From: Mobula hypostoma
Taxonomy: Eukaryota
NCBI RefSeq assembly: GCF_963921235.1
Contig: NC_086097.1
Span: 141,486,001 to 141,550,000, forward strand
Direction: 5' to 3'
Length of the DNA stretch: 64,000 nucleotides
Under the pieces are notes generated by a model. It ran no database searches. It was not told where the DNA came from and saw only the letters and a list, made by a program, of their open reading frames with translations. Made by a program: the position numbers and the translations under genes. Shown piece after piece: positions 12,516 through 27,632 of the stretch; within the stretch, counting starts at the first letter, position 1, and each line of letters opens with the position of its first letter.

Positions 12516-13395
12516 GTGAGTGCCAGGAAATTGGAGTCTTTATCCGGCCTGCTTGTGTAAATTGATAGAGGGTCCCATATAGTGGTACCGCTTCTCGTGG
12601 TCTTTATTCCAGAGAGAGTGAGGGAAAAACAAACTTAAGTTTTCTTTAACAACACACATCAAAGTTGCTGGTGAACGCAGCAGGCCAGGCAGCATCTGTA
12701 GGAAGAGGTGCAGTCGACGTTTCAGGCCGAGACCCTTCGTCTTTTCTTTGAATTAAGGGCATTTCGCCTCTTTGATCCTTCGGGGGAATTCGTGGCGAAC
12801 TGTTTCAATTGTAAGAAATAGGCCGTTGATCGATCATGGAGGCTGATGATATCCGGAAAGAAAAAGGCAGACATGACTTGTAGCAGAATCGAGTACCATT
12901 AGTGAACAGGGTTCAGGCATGCAAATCAGTGGATACTGTCCTTCGCCACTTCGACTAATGTCGCCCACATAGCCCACAGGAGCTCTTTGTGTGTACTAGT
13001 GAACTACAAACATTGTGACTAATCAGATGTGAGAAGAGCGAATCCATCTATTATTTCACTCTTAACTCGTTTTGGGAATTCTAAAACAAAATCAATCATA
13101 CATACTGCAGTATATATATAAAAACATTTCGCGGATTTAGAACATTTTGGTTTACAGGTGACTTGTTAGATATTTCCACGTGCCCCTCTGTTTCACTATC
13201 CCTCTATAAAATACAACAATCATTTATTTCCCCTGTCCTGTTTAAACTACACAGATACAATATTTGCTATTCCTTTTCCATTATTGGTTCTGACAGAGCA
13301 GTTGTTTAATGCTAGTACCTTATTATTTATATATTTATATATCTTCAGCATTATATTCTTCCCTTTCATTATAATAAGTTACTATCTTTCTACAG

Positions 13396-13461
13396 ATCGG
13401 TGTAAATGTAGAAAAGTTAAACCAACACTAAAAACATATTTGGGCAAGAATTATAACTATG
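13396..13461 (+). CDS. SFRP4: SFRP4 exon 3 (start of NTR domain)
   Basis: [31 protein letters not shown], donor G|GTAAGT, 66 nt. Confidence 0.96.
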
Positions 13462-14169
13462 GTAAGTGATGGCTACTTATATCAGGTAGTATTTTGTTGT
13501 AAAACCCACCGTAGCAGAATTCCTACCGATGAAGTTTCTTTTAAACAAACACAGCTTCTAGATCTTAAAATCTGTGACTGTATTTTAAATTGGCAGCAGT
13601 CCTGGTTCTTGTTTGATTGCAGAGATGCACCATTACATTTTATAATTTCAGAAGCTAGAAACTGAGAACACTTTCACAAACTCTCAAGCACTTAACCCAA
13701 TTAGCACACACAAGTCCTTATTTCTGCCAAGCTCTTTTGTGGCACTTTAAACTATTGACTCATTAGATTTGAACTGAATATAACTTGTATTTTGTAACTT
13801 CAACAGTAAGCATCTATTTCCTTAGTCCAGTGAAATTCACCCCAAAAGATTGAAGACCTTTACTATAGATTCTCCCCAACTCCTTTGGTAAAACCCCGGC
13901 CCATATCCCAGGTTTAAATATAGAACATAGAATATACACAGTACAGTGGAGGACCTAGACCTTCAGACCACAGTGTTATACCAAACTAATTAAATGTGTA
14001 ACTAATCCCTTCTGCCTACTGAGTACAGTACTCACATCCCTTCATTCCCAGCACATTCATGTGCCTTTAACAGTCTCTTAAATGCCCGCACTGCTACCCA
14101 AACAGTGCATTCCAAGAACCCACCACTGTCTGTTTTTTTTAAAACTTGCCCTGCTCATCTCCTTTGAAC

Positions 14170-14610
14170 TCCCCCTCCCCCCTCCTCTCCTTCTTCTATT
14201 CCCCATTCTGGTTACCCTCACATTCCTTCTCCTCCTCCTGGTGCCTCTCCTTCCATTTCTCTGATGGTTCACTGTTCTCTCCTGTCAAATTCCCGCTTCT
14301 TTAGCCCTTTACCTCTTCCACCCATCACCTCCCAGTTTTTTTTCCTTCATTCCCCCTCCCCCGCTTCACCCACACACCCACCTTCCCCTGTATTTGGTCT
14401 CACCTATCATTTGCCAGCTTGTACTCCTTCCCTCCCCTGTCCCACCTTGTTATTCTGGCTTCTTCCCCCTTCCTTTCCAGTCCTGATGAAGGGTCTCAGC
14501 CCAAAACATCGACTGTTTATTCTATTCCATAGAGGCTGCCTGAAATGTTGAGTTCCTCCAGCATTTTACATGTGTTGTTTGAGATCTCCAGCATCTGCAG
14601 AATCTCTTGT
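14170..14610. mobile_element. Penelope-like terminal repeat remnant (related copies ~12648-12740, ~19450-19595, ~23190-23660, ~24965-25430, ~39850-40040)
   Basis: Recurring CCTGATGAAGGGTCTC..CC.AAAC.TCGAC and GAGTTCCTCCAGCA motifs next to pyrimidine-rich tracts; family assignment from recall. Confidence 0.55.
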
Positions 14611-17602
14611 ATTTAGGTAAACTGTTTTCTTTAACTCCCCTCCCCGCCCCCAGTATTTTTCTCAATCTATGTCCCCTCATTATTGACTTCTCTCCGAGAG
14701 GCAATGGACATTCCAGCTTAATGTTACTGTATCTCATTCTCTCATAATTTTACACCTCACTTAATACTTCTTCACCTAGGTGACTTTTCATTGTAACTGA
14801 AGTTATTCAGCCCAGGTAATATCAGTTCAATTCTCTGCACCCACTTTACAAAGGCCTGTACTGTGTGTGGTAGAGTCTTGTCCAATTCTGGTGTGATTTT
14901 GCTGAGTCTGTGTTGTGCTCCTTGGCAATAAATATTCTATATGCCTTCTTAAGCACCTTATCAACATGTCCTGTCACCTTGGGATTCCATGGAAATTCAA
15001 TCTAGCATCCCACTATTTTTTTACTTTTTAAGATTATAATCATTCCTTGTGGATTCCCTAGACCTGCTTGCTCTCCCCTACTGCATCATATCACATTTTC
15101 CAGAATGATTTCCACTTTGCACTTCTGTGTTCTCTAAGCTTAAACATTTCTGTGCTTGTGCTGTCCAGAACTATATTACCCTCCACCATCCATTCTGCCA
15201 ATTTTACAAACTACTTAGTTGTTGTCCCTACATTTAAGATCAAATCATACCTCAAAAAGCAAGGAACCCACTACATTCAGCCTTTCATTAATTAAAACCG
15301 TTGACCACTACCCTTTTCTTTTTCACACTGAGCCATCCTTTAATCATTTTCCCTTGATCCCATAAAGTGTATTCTTTCCAAGTGAATCCATCATGTGGTA
15401 CTTCATCAAATAGCTTACTGAAAGCCATTCAGCCAGAATAAAACACAATTGACCCTCTTTGAGGAAATAAAAATAAGTTCTGTCATTAGTCCTTCTACAT
15501 TTCCATGCTGATTATCCTGTGTCTAATAAATTCTCATTTTTATTGTTACTCAGAATTATTTTTTTTCTAGTAAGTTGTCCACCACCAGTGTTAAGCTGTT
15601 ATTCAATACTTAAATTTTTTTGGCAAGTAAAATCAAGGACAGTATTTACTTGCTCTGTTTTTTTTTAACAATGGTACCATAGCAACAATCTTCCAGTTTA
15701 CTAGCGTTATGCCTATTACCAAATAGAGTGGGGAAAATCATGATAGAAGTCTCTTCTACTCCAAATGTTTAACCAAGAGTGCAGATTTATCCATTATTAA
15801 AGATAAATGCAGAGACATTGTATATTAAGGGATTTTGTATCCTTATTAAAGATACTAAATGCCTTTATAAACCATGTCTCTGTGTTTATCAAATCTAATT
15901 CTTCATAGTTTTCATCTTTTGTATCAATGATCTGCATCATTCCACTCTTCCCCATTAATCCCTCTTAGAATACTGTATGTCTCAGAAAAAACTCCTCATT
16001 CTTCTAGAATCTGGTACATGTAGGCAAACTTGCTCATTTGTTCTTCAAAGCTAACCTACCACTGTCTCCCAGAAATCAGTTTTGTTAGTTATGATGTAGT
16101 GTCTCCAGACACGGAGACCTTAACTGTGTATATACACAGACACACAGAAACACACAAAATGGTCTCATCAAAGTACTGAAAATTAGCTAGCCTGGATTAG
16201 GCATTAGTATGACCAGTTGAAAAGATGTATCTGAAAATTGCTATGCAATAATTTTCTCAGTTTTGGATGTGCACATGGAATGTGGGGGCATGCTGTTTAC
16301 CAGATTTTAACAACTTTTTCACCTTTGGTATTCAAATACACACGGTACTTCCAGATACAGTAGCTGGTACTCTGCCTGAATGTTCCAATGGCCAAGTATG
16401 ATCCTCACATCTAGTGGAGTCTGTATTTTCTGCCTGTTAATGCATAGGTTCCCCAGGTGCTCTGATTTCCTCCCATATCCCAAAGGCATGCTGATTGATA
16501 GGCAAATTGGCTACCTTCAATTACTCTTAGTGTAGGTGGGTGGTAGGCAAATCAGAGTGCATTTAATGACTTAATGATATAGAGATGGTGCAGAAAAATA
16601 AGTGGGAGAATGAGATTGATGGATGACCATAAATGATGTAAAATAAGTATAAATATGAGAAATGAGGTTTGTGCAGAGCAGCATTTACTCTGCTTTGACA
16701 TTTTATTCAAATCAGAACACCAAAAACCATACATTGTTGGAACATCCATTTTCACACATTTTAATTGCACTTTTAAAATGTGAATTTTCCAATTAGTTAT
16801 AAGATTGGTGCAGTATTAGACCATGTAGTCTATTGAGTCTGTCTCACCCTGTTCTGCTGGTTTCTCTCCATTATCTTCCTCCCCTTTACCAATCAGGAAC
16901 CTATCAATCTCTGCCTCAGATACACCCAATGACTTGGTGTCTGCAGCGCGAGTTCCACAGATTCACTATCTTCCAGGCTGAATAAATTCCTCCCTTTTTT
17001 TTTAGTTTTAAAAGGCTGTTCTTTTATTCTGAGGCTCTGCCCTCTGATCCTAGACTCTCCTGCTGATGGAAACATCCTCTCCTCATCCTCTCCACAATGT
17101 AAAATTTGTGCTGGTGGAGTATTGAACTGTTAGAGGATTTTTTTTTTCAGAAAGTATTCTTCAGATTCTTCAAAAGGAGAGAACAAAAATAACTTGTATT
17201 AGTTTTGGTGGACTTCAAATCTAAAAAGTATTATTTCAACAGTCTTTTAGTCCATCATAGCCAAGTATTTAAAACTGTGGAAGAAAGGATCAAATAATAC
17301 TTTATTGTGATATATGAAAAATCAAAGCTAATTATTAGAGCCTTTTAATTTGATAGCTATATTATCAAAATATTTTCAGAATAATTGTTGCTATATTAAA
17401 GATTTCATAAAGATTAAGGTCAACATTAGATTAGAATAAGGTTTATAATTGAGGTTGAATGAAATTGCCTCCAGCAATTAAGCAATTTAAATTGCTTAAA
17501 TGTTACTGAACAGACTTTGAGTCGTGATTTTCTAAACACAACATATCAATGATTTGGAAAATAATTCCTGAGTTTTCCTTTGTCTTTTTATTTTCATTTC
17601 AG

Positions 17603-17801
17603 TTATTCGGGCCAAAGGAAAAGAAGTGAGCAGAAGTGGCTGTAATGAAATCACTACAGTGGTGGAGGTGACAGAGACCTTCAAATCACCAGCACCTATC
17701 CTGCAACCTTATGTAACCCTCCTCACCAATTCGTCATGTTTGTGTCCTCAGCTGCCACCCAACCAGGACTCACTTATCATGTGCTATGTTCTCCGCTCAC
17801 A
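17603..17801 (+). CDS. SFRP4: SFRP4 exon 4 (NTR domain; absent from the ORF track)
   Basis: TTTCAG|TTATT, hand translation [66 protein letters not shown], donor CA|GTAAGT, 199 nt. Confidence 0.96.
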
Positions 17802-19857
17802 GTAAGTGGTACTGGTCTTTGATGAAACTCCACATGCATGGAATGAAGATTGTCTGCTGATTCACCAGACAATCAGCACCTTTGTAACAGATGTCACATA
17901 ATTTTAAACAGATTGATTTTCAGTCTAAGAGGGAATATTAACATTTGAAAATTGCTCTGTTTTAGACTACAATTCAACATGGGTAACATCATGGGAAAGC
18001 CAAGTTGGATGACATGCTTCAGGAACGGATAATGGAACTGGATTGTTGTGTATTATTTATATTACTTGTGTACTCAATCATTATAGAACTTCCAAATTTT
18101 ATTCTGCATTGGCTATGATCTCATGGAATAAAATTTAGAGACTGTAAGAGTGATCCATACTGTTTGTGAGTAGCACTGTTAAGTAACAGATTTGTTTACT
18201 CTTAAGATTCTTCATATTTAAAGTGCTTCAAACTTCCATAACTTTTCATTTTACACATGGATATAATACATTTGAGACATGAAATATTAACAGGATGTAT
18301 ACAGCAAATAGCAGGGACCAGGAGTGTTAACATATAGGATGCAAGTTCATAGCTCTCTGAAAATGTTGACAGGTGTAGATAGAGCAGATGGTTAAAGTCT
18401 TTCTCATTGAGTGGGGGAGCCTAAGACTAAAGGCATGAGTTTAAAATGAAAAGGCAAAAATTTAAATGAGATTTGAGAAACTGTTCCATAAAAAACGGTT
18501 CCATAGAAAAGATTCCATAGAGGGTGATGGTGCTGCATAATGAGTTGCCAGAGGAAGTGGTAGAGTTTAACAGGTGTTTGGTCAGTTACATAGATATGAA
18601 AGGGGTGTTACAGGCCTAGTGCAGACAAACGGAATCAGTATAGATGGGCTTCACTATCCGGATGGATGAGTTGGCAAAGACCATTTCTGTGCTGTACAAT
18701 GTTATCTCTAACTTCGATCTTTAGGATCAACACTAATCATTTTGCATATTTTGAGTTTTCATTCATGTTTTTCGGGAGGGTTAGTTAAATAACAAGGGGA
18801 AAAAAAAGTAGGAGTAAGAAGATCAGAAGGGTTACAGCGTTGAAAGAAGACCAGTACATTGAGCTTATATCTGCTCCCTGCAAGAGCAATACATCTAGTC
18901 CCAATACCCAGCCTCTCATAGAAACATAGGAAACCTACAGCACAATACAGGCCCTTCGGCCCGCAAAGTTGTGCCGAACATGTCCCTACCTTAGAAATTA
19001 CTAGGCTTACCCATAGCCCTCTATTTTTCTAAGCTCAATGTACCTATCCAAAAGTCTCTTAAAAGACCTATTGTATCTGTCTCCACCACCTTTGCCGGCA
19101 GCCCATTCCACACACTCACCACTCTGAGTAAAAAAAAAACAACTCACCCCTGACATCTCCTCTGTACCTCCTCCCAAGCACCTTATACCTCTGCCCTCTC
19201 CTCAAGCTATACAAGTCCTTTCCTTTCATGCACATTCCAGTTCCTGTTTGAACATGATAATTGAACTTTCCTCCAGCACTACTACTGAAAATGGATATTT
19301 CTCATGTCACTCTGTTCTTTTACTGACCATTTTCACCCTAAGTCCTTTGTTCTTGACCTTTCTACCAATTAAAACTGATTTTCTATTAGCTCATTCTAAA
19401 ATCTTCATGATCTTAAACAGTTCTATTAGATCCCTTTAAACTTTGGGATGAAAAAATCTGCTGGAGGAACTCAATGGATCGGGCAGCATCTTGTGGAAGT
19501 AATCAGGTAGTTATCATTTCCTTTTATTGCCTAAACTCCTGAATTCCTCTGGCAGTTTATTTTGCACCAGATTCCAGCATCTGCAGTCTCTTGTATCATT
19601 ACAATTGTCATTCTAAAAGAACAACACCTCAGTTTCTTTAGTCTATCCACATGAAGTCCCTTTTCCCTGCAATCATCTTTTAAACTATGGACAGAATACA
19701 ACCATTGCGGCCAAACCAGCACTCTATAAAGGTACCTCATGACAACCTGTGCTACTTTTTATAAAGCCCATTTACTCAACCTACCTTGCCACTATATGTT
19801 CAAACTATGCACATATACCACCGGGTCTCATTTCAGAAGTGCACCTTCTAGTTTCTA

Positions 19858-20250
19858 TTGACATTGTCAAGGAGCGGAGTCTCAGAAAGGCAGCGTCCAT
19901 TACTAAGGACCCCCCGCACCCAGGGCATGCCCTTGTCTCACTGTTATCATCAGGTAGGAGGTACAGAAGCCTGAAGGCACAAACTCAGCGATTCAGGAAC
20001 AGCTTCTACCCCTCTGCCATCCGATTCCTAGATGGACATTGAACCCTTGGACACTACCTCACTTTTTTAAAAAGTATTTCTGTTTTTTTGTACAATTTTA
20101 ATCTATTCAGTATATGTATTCTGTATAAAGTATACCGAATAAGATTTATTTATTATTTTTTCATCTATATTATGTATTGCATTGAACTGCGGCTACTAAA
20201 TTAATAAATTTCACGTCACATGCTAGCGATATTAAACCCGATTCTGATTG
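19858..20250 (+). mobile_element. Rex1/Babar-like LINE 3' fragment
   Basis: LRKAASITKDPPHPGHALVSLLSSGRRYRSL...RFRNSFYPSAIRFL; TTCTGA tail. Confidence 0.75.
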
Positions 20251-23200
20251 TCTCTTTTCATCCTTCCTGGCAAAATTTCAGGTTGTGTCAATCAATGACA
20301 ATAAATCTGATTCTGATTCAAAATGCAGAAACTCTGGACTTCTGAGAACTAAATTCAATCTCCTAACAGCTCCTTCTACCAATCTGCCAATATCTTCTTG
20401 AAATCCATTCACTGCACCTCCCAACTTTGTGTCTTCAAATGTTTTGTTCTGTCCTTAGTTCAGTCATTGTGCTGTGTCACCTTTTTGATGCAAGAAAGTG
20501 GTGTTGAGATAAATAGGTTATTTTTGTTTTTGTGTATTATTTTCTTATTTCAATCAACCCCTAAGGCAACAGGGAACAATCAGAAAATTGTAGGCCAGTA
20601 TACATCAGTGGTAGTGAAATTATTGGAGAAGATACTTGGGATTTGCTTGCATTTGGAAAAACATAAACATGTCAGGGATTGTTGGCATGATTTTGAGTGG
20701 GAGATGGCATGTCTCACGAATTTGAGCTTTTTGAGGAAAGGATGAATATAATTGATCATGGTATTGTGTTATAGTGACGTAGTAAGTGTGTTACAGTGGA
20801 TGCTGTTTACATTGAATTTAGTAAAGCATTTGACAAGTCCCTCATGATAGGTTGATTCAGAAAGTTAAGATTCATGGATCCAAAATGAGTTTGTAAAATG
20901 GATACAAGATTATCCTGGCCACAGAAGGTGGATGGTATTTGTGGAGGGGTGTTATTCTGACTGGAGGTCTGTAAGCAGTAGTATTCACACATGTATCAGT
21001 GCTGGGACATCTGTTTGCAATATACAGATGACTCTGTTCAACAGTCATTTAGGTTACAGAAATTTGTTCTTACGGAAGCCACAAAACCACTATCCAAAAA
21101 CTTGATATGGGGAATAAAATTCACTTTTACAGAAATTCTGAGAAAAATAAATACATTTTAAAACTCCTGTTTCTTGGCACGTTATTGTATACAGTATATG
21201 GAATATTCCGTGAACCTGTTTACGAGGTATGTCCACATTGTCGTGTAAAAGAGAGGGATTTATGTCATTGTGTGTTTATTTGGACAATCTGCTTTCAATG
21301 TTGTACAAACAATGAGATGAGACTGTGAAGCTTGTATCAGACTAAGTATGAAATGCTGAAGTAGTACATTGACATATTAGAAATGAGCTTTATTGATACA
21401 GATAATTGATTATAGAGCATAGAAGAATATGGTGCAGGTGCAGGCCTTTTGGCCCACAATACCTGTGCCAAGAGTGGTTATTGATTAAGAGTGTTGTAGT
21501 GACGTTGAGTTGTGAGTACGATTGTTTGGTGGAAATATACAAGAAAATGGGAGCAGGGGTTAGGCCATCTGGCTCCGCAAGTCCGTCCTACCATTCAATA
21601 TGATTATGGCAGATTTAGTCCAGACTTGAGCTCCTCTTCTGTGCCAGGTTCCCATAACTTTTAATCTTATTTTTCTTTCCTAACACCACTTTAATGAACT
21701 AACATCCACAATTCCCTGGGACAGAAAATTCTAGAGCTTACCTACCCTCTGCGGGAAGAGATTTCTGTGCACTACTCTTTTAAATGACCAACCTCTTCTA
21801 CCTTGAATCCATGTCTCCTCAGTCAAGATTCTCTCACTAATGAAAACATTAGAACCTCTGGCTGGTGGGTGGCTCTTAAAAGTGAGATGGGGGAGTTCAA
21901 GGAGAGAAAATTCTCATTAGAGTGAAAGGCTAGACTGGAAGGTGAGACAGTTGGCTGTTTGCTGGCCCTGGCAGGGATTTTGAGTCCATCATTTGTGCAG
22001 TCAAAGCAATACCAGATGTGTAAAACCATTATCTGAGAGCCTCTGTGTGTTAACACTGCTTCCTCTGTCAGGTATAAAAGGCATGAGTTGTTTTGTGAGC
22101 TGGTTGAAAAGATATCTAACCTTCAGGTGGGAACAAGAGAAGCACCATAGTATAAATGACTATTAGCTTTCGGAGTGTGGTGAGCACTGCCAGCAGCAGC
22201 CCTCTATCGGTGGGCTCTCCTCGCACATAATATTTTTACATTTGTAGTAATAGTGGACTCTTCCAGTTGGCTGTGTGGATTAAAATGCTGTCCTAACATA
22301 CAGATAGGATTCCTCCTCAGCAACATAATGCAGTGTTGTTACAAAGAATGCTATTTTCAAGTTAGCAATTACACTGACAGATAACCAAACATCAGGTCTT
22401 TCTGTTTGAGAACTGGGTATCATCATGAAGTCATCGTTCTTTGAAGAACCATACAAGGGTGGTAATGGAAATTTCTGTCTTTAGCATGTTGTTGCACAGT
22501 TCAGATATTTTGTTCCTCTCACAAAGGTTATGCCCTGGGTTGAGAGTGATGACTAAACAATAAATTCAGGTCTGTAACTGAATACACTAATATAGAACAT
22601 AGACTGTAGTGCTAGAGATGTAGCTTTACATTCAAATCAGATCATCAAACTATTTAAGTCTTGGATGAATGAACCAATAATCATCTATGGCTACTGTCGA
22701 AATGTCTACTGAGTCAAAAGGATGTAAGTTCCCTTCTAACCTCGTTGTTATATTGTTTTGCTCCTACCTATCTAATTGCGAGTGTTTTTATGCTGAGGTC
22801 TTTCTTGGACCAAGTGGATGCTTGTTCTTGATTTCTTTCTCTTGCTTCAGCTGCTCCTTGTGCTCCTGTGTTTTATACAGACTGGTGCTCCTGGGGTCTG
22901 ATTGCTGGTACACCACCCGCTGCCACCCCAGCTCAGGCCTCCGGCAAAGTCTGAGGCCATCTGCTGGCTAAGTTATGCAGTGCTTGTACACCAAGCCAAT
23001 GTAAGAATCTGCCTGATGAATATATGATGTGCTGCAGGTTGGTTCAGCATTAAAATATCATTTTGATAGATGTTTATGCAGTAAGCTCCTGGAGATGGCA
23101 TGGTTGCAAATAAATTATGTGATTTTCAGTATTTTCAGTTTTGAACTAGCTGAACAGGGAATAGCCCCAGCTTTTCCAGCCCCATAAGGTGGAGATGCTG

Positions 23201-25891
23201 GAATCAGGAGCAACTCGCAAAACACTGCAGGAACTCAGAAGGTCAGGCAGCATCTATGGAGGGAGATAGGCAGTTGATGTTTTGGGTTGAGACCCTTCAA
23301 GACTGGAAAGTAGGGAGTATGAAGGAGTGGGATAGGAGTTGGTAAGTGAGAGGGTGATAGGCAGAGGGGGGCAGGATGGGAATGATATCTGAGGTGAAAT
23401 ATGGAATTGGGAAGTGGAATTAAGATGTCTGGCTGACAGTAGAACATGGTTGGTACAGTGGATAGAGTAAAGCAGACCCCAGTTGGTGTCTAGTCTTTCC
23501 AATGTAGAGGAGGCCACAGAGGGAGCACCAGATTAATTAAATAGCACTGCAGTGTTCACATATAAATGACTGCCTCACTCGGAAGGAGTGTTTAGGACCA
23601 TGGATGGTGGTGAGGGGGAAGGTGTAACACTTCCTGCGGTTATGCAACCAGTGCCTGGGGAGTGAGTGGGGCACAGTGGAGGTCCTCACAATATGGATTG
23701 TTTGTAAGTTCTGAAAGAACTGAGGAATCTCTGACAGTATAAACAAAAATGAAAGCAGCTGACTGCATCCATGCCATTAGAAAAATGCTCTGATGGTCTT
23801 CTACCGGCTAGACATTAAGAAGACTTCTTTCCTATTGAAGAATACTCTGCATTGTGAAATGAGAGCTCTATTGTCTGCATGAGTGGAGAGTATGAATGCC
23901 TACATTTTAGGGATATACTGGCAACAAATTGTCCTACACACTATGCTTCCTCCTGTGACTGAAGGTAAAGTTAAGAAGCCTTCTGGAATATAGAGTTTTG
24001 GAGACCATAAAACCACAAGCATTAAATGGGGGACCCTTATTCTGAGACCATCTCTGTCTTGCCCCTTAAAATTCTTATATTTCAATATGCTGACCTTTCA
24101 TACCTCTGAACTCCATTGAGTAGAGTCCTAATCTGTTTAACCTTTCCTCTTACAAGAGCCACCCCAAACCTGCGATCATCCCATTACACCACCTCAGAAC
24201 TACCTCTTTAATTTTTATTCATTAAGGGGACAAGGATTTGTTCATAGTATTCTCAATGTGATCTCTCTAGTGCTTTGCACAATTGCTGCAGGATTTTCTT
24301 ACTTTTATACTCTGATCCACTTGAAATAAGACCAATATTCTATTAGCCTTCCTAATTCCTGCTGCACTTCTGTGCGTTTTCTGTACTTTATGCATAAACA
24401 CCCCCAAATCTCACACTCTACCTGAACATTTAATATTCTTAGACATTATAATATTTCAGAGTTTATAATATATCTAAGTATTCACAAAATAATTATACAC
24501 AATTGAAAATATAGCAGGGTTTTATTCTCAACCCTTGATTATGCAAAGGTTATGGAGGGGAGGCAGATAAGTAGAAATAACAAAATTAGGAGATTTGAGG
24601 AGGAATGAGTAAATGGGAAAGGGAATAACACAAGGCAAGCCAGTTCTGTAAAACAGTGTGCTCATATTCCTAGGGGGAAAATAATGACTACAGATGTAAT
24701 TATAAGTAGCAGAAAATCATTAGAATCAGCCAACGTGGATTTTGAAACAGAAAGCTCACTTTGGAAAGAATGGGAACATGGTGGAATGGGAAGAAGCCAG
24801 ATGTGGCCTACAACAACTTTCATTGAGCTTTTAAAATGATTCCACACAAGCAACCACTGAAGACAATTTATGGATATGGAATTGAATTGGGGAAGGGTAG
24901 TAAATTGGATCAAAACTGGTTGCAAGAGAAGGAACAAAGGTGCAGTAAAAGGTAAATGCGAGTGATTCTGCAGATGCTGGAAACCCAGAGTAACACATAT
25001 AAAATGCTGGAGGAACTCAACAGTTAAGGCAGAATCTTTGGAAAGGAAAAGTAGTCAACTTTTGAGGTTGAGACTCTTCAGTGGAACAGGAAAGGAAGGG
25101 GGAAGAAAGCCAGAATAAAATGGTAGGGGGAGAGAAAGTAGTAGGAAAGTGAAAGGTGAATCCATGTAGGTGGGTGGGGGAGGGGGATGAAGCTGAGAGG
25201 TGGAAATGGTAAAGGGCTGAAGAAGGAGGAATCTGATAGGAAAGGAGAGTGGACCATGGGGAAAGGGAAGGAGGAGGGGCACAATGGGGAGGTGATAGGC
25301 TGGTGGGGAGAAGAGAAGAGGTGAGAGGAAGCCAAAGTGGGGAACAGAAGAAGAGGGAAGGGGGAAAATTGCCAGAAGTTAGAGAAATCAATGTTCATGC
25401 CATCAGGTTACAGGCTACCCAAACGGAGCAAAAGGACTAACAATTGTTGGCAATATTGCACTAGTGCATGGTAAGGATATCCTACAAGATACAGTTATGC
25501 AGCTATTCCTGTTCACTGATATCAGATGATTTCATCTTACTTCCTAAGGAAGTTGCACTGAGATTTGTAATGAAACCAAGATAGGAGGTACAATAAGTAA
25601 ATCCAACGAACAAAGGAAATCATTATCAAAAATGTTATAATCACTCTGGGCATCTCATTGTTGCTTTTCTCTTCATTTCCATCCCTCACCCAAGGCATTG
25701 AAAAATGATCAAATTTGTGAAAGGTCACTTCTGTCTAAACATTTGGTGACATCTAAATTGATTATTGTACATAACATATTCATTTGTTTTGTGAATTCAA
25801 AAATGTCAAATCTCTTGAGAAATTCTGAAATACTTATTTTCCACAGAATATTATGCAAAGTGTTCAACGCTTTATTTCTGATTTCTCATAG

Positions 25892-25955
25892 ACTGATGCT
25901 CTTTAATGGCTGTTTAGTTGAAAAATGGAGAGATCAATGGGTGAAACGGTTCAAG
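25892..25955 (+). CDS. SFRP4: SFRP4 exon 5
   Basis: CATAG|ACTG, (Q)LMLFNGCLVEKWRDQWVKRFK, donor AAG|GTAAGG, 64 nt. Confidence 0.95.
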
Positions 25956-27632
25956 GTAAGGTATCTGTACCAAAAGAGATCCAGAGGTAGAAATTAGTTA
26001 CTCTTCAATACCGGTTACATTGGTGTGTGCCACCCTCTCAGTATTAAGCACTGTACAGTATACACTTCTATGGGTAATATCATAAGACATAGGACCAGAA
26101 TTAGGACATTCTGTCCATTGAGTCTGCTCCGCCATCTCATCATGACTGAAATTTTTTTCCTCTATCAGCCTGATTCTCCTGCCTCCTTCCCTTTGACACC
26201 CTTACTAATCAATAACCTATCATCCTCCACTTTAAGTGCATCAAGTGATTTGGCCTCCACTGTCATCTATGGCAATGACTTCCACAGAATCACTACCCAC
26301 TGGTTAAAAATATTGCTCTCCATCTCTGCTCTAAAGGGATGTCCTTCTATTCTGAGGCTGTGCCATCTGGTCCTGCCTTTGCTTATCTTTTGCTGAAATC
26401 CTCGTTTACTCTTCTGTTGCCTTTATATTTGGCTATTTTAACATTTAATTGGCTGGCCTTTCTCATTCTTCTTTTCATAAAGTTGGGGCCACTAAAAACT
26501 TGTTTCCCATGGTCTCGTTCAAATTATCATCTTCGCCAATGAAGCCCCAAATAAGCAGCACCTCATTTAAAGTTTTCCTATTTCTCTGTGGCATGCTCCT
26601 CCCCTTCTCTGCAGTACTATAACCTTTCAGTACATCTAGTTCCCTCACTTCCAGTTCTTACACATCCTTGAAATTAATCACTGCACAACTGGTGGCAATG
26701 CCTTCAAATGGTCTAGTTCTGGACTCCAAAATTTCCTTCCTAGGTCTTTCTGCCTTTCTACTTTTAATACAACCTTTAAAATCTAAGTTTCTCATAATGA
26801 AAGGTATTAAGCTAGTTTATTCAGTAGAAGTTGCATTTACTACAAAATTCCCAGCTCTATTCCCAAAGAACTATTCTTGACTTTGCACGATTCTTCACCA
26901 ACAAAGAATCAGCCATTTCCCAGCGTCGGAGTTCATTACACAGCAAGGCAGGTTCAGAAGAGCATGAGGATGCTATCAGTATGAACACAGGAAGGGTGTT
27001 AAATAAGAAACACAAAATATTAATAATGATTTATTGCCAAAGTTTTGCAAGGCTTTCTAAAATGAGTAGCACAGAGGATGGTGCAGCTGCCTCACAGTTC
27101 CACATTTGATTCTGATTTCCGAGCCGTCTGTACAGTTTGTGCATTCCTCTTGTGACTGCAAGTGCATGTATCTTTCATGATTGCTCTAGATCCCAAAGAA
27201 CTTAAATTTGAACTTGATATGCAGGTTGGAAGTTTATTTCATTAAATATTCCTTGGTGTATGTCAGTGATAAGAGAATGTGGATAGGACAAGTTGATGAG
27301 CACGAGAGCAAGCAGTACAGAGAATTAAGCAGACCAAAGAAAATGATGGTATTATTCTGTGATTCGCATGGAACTTGTTGAGACAAATAACTTCCTTTGA
27401 GACTGAAAGAACCTTGAGTATAGTCTACCTGACTGAAAATGTCAGAGCCAGAATATCAAAATGTGGTTTTTATTATATCATAGCACTGTTAAAATTTCAG
27501 TAGCATGATGCGACACATAAATGTTGCCTGACAGCTGTCAATAAGGATTAAAATGGAAAAATAGTTGCCATATGCTTTAATAATAGTTGGTGTCTCTCTG
27601 AAGTTTATGTTATATTGTTTTGTGTTCCTTAG

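Noticed and set aside
22687..22971. GC-richer segment in SFRP4 intron 4 with short frames on both strands and a pyrimidine-AG site
   Set aside because: No recognisable protein and not needed for the SFRP4 frame; cannot be supported as an exon.
25017..25440. Cluster of Pro/Ser/Phe-rich ORFs
   Set aside because: Low-complexity purine/pyrimidine tract of a Penelope-like remnant, also seen at ~14.2 kb and ~23.3 kb.
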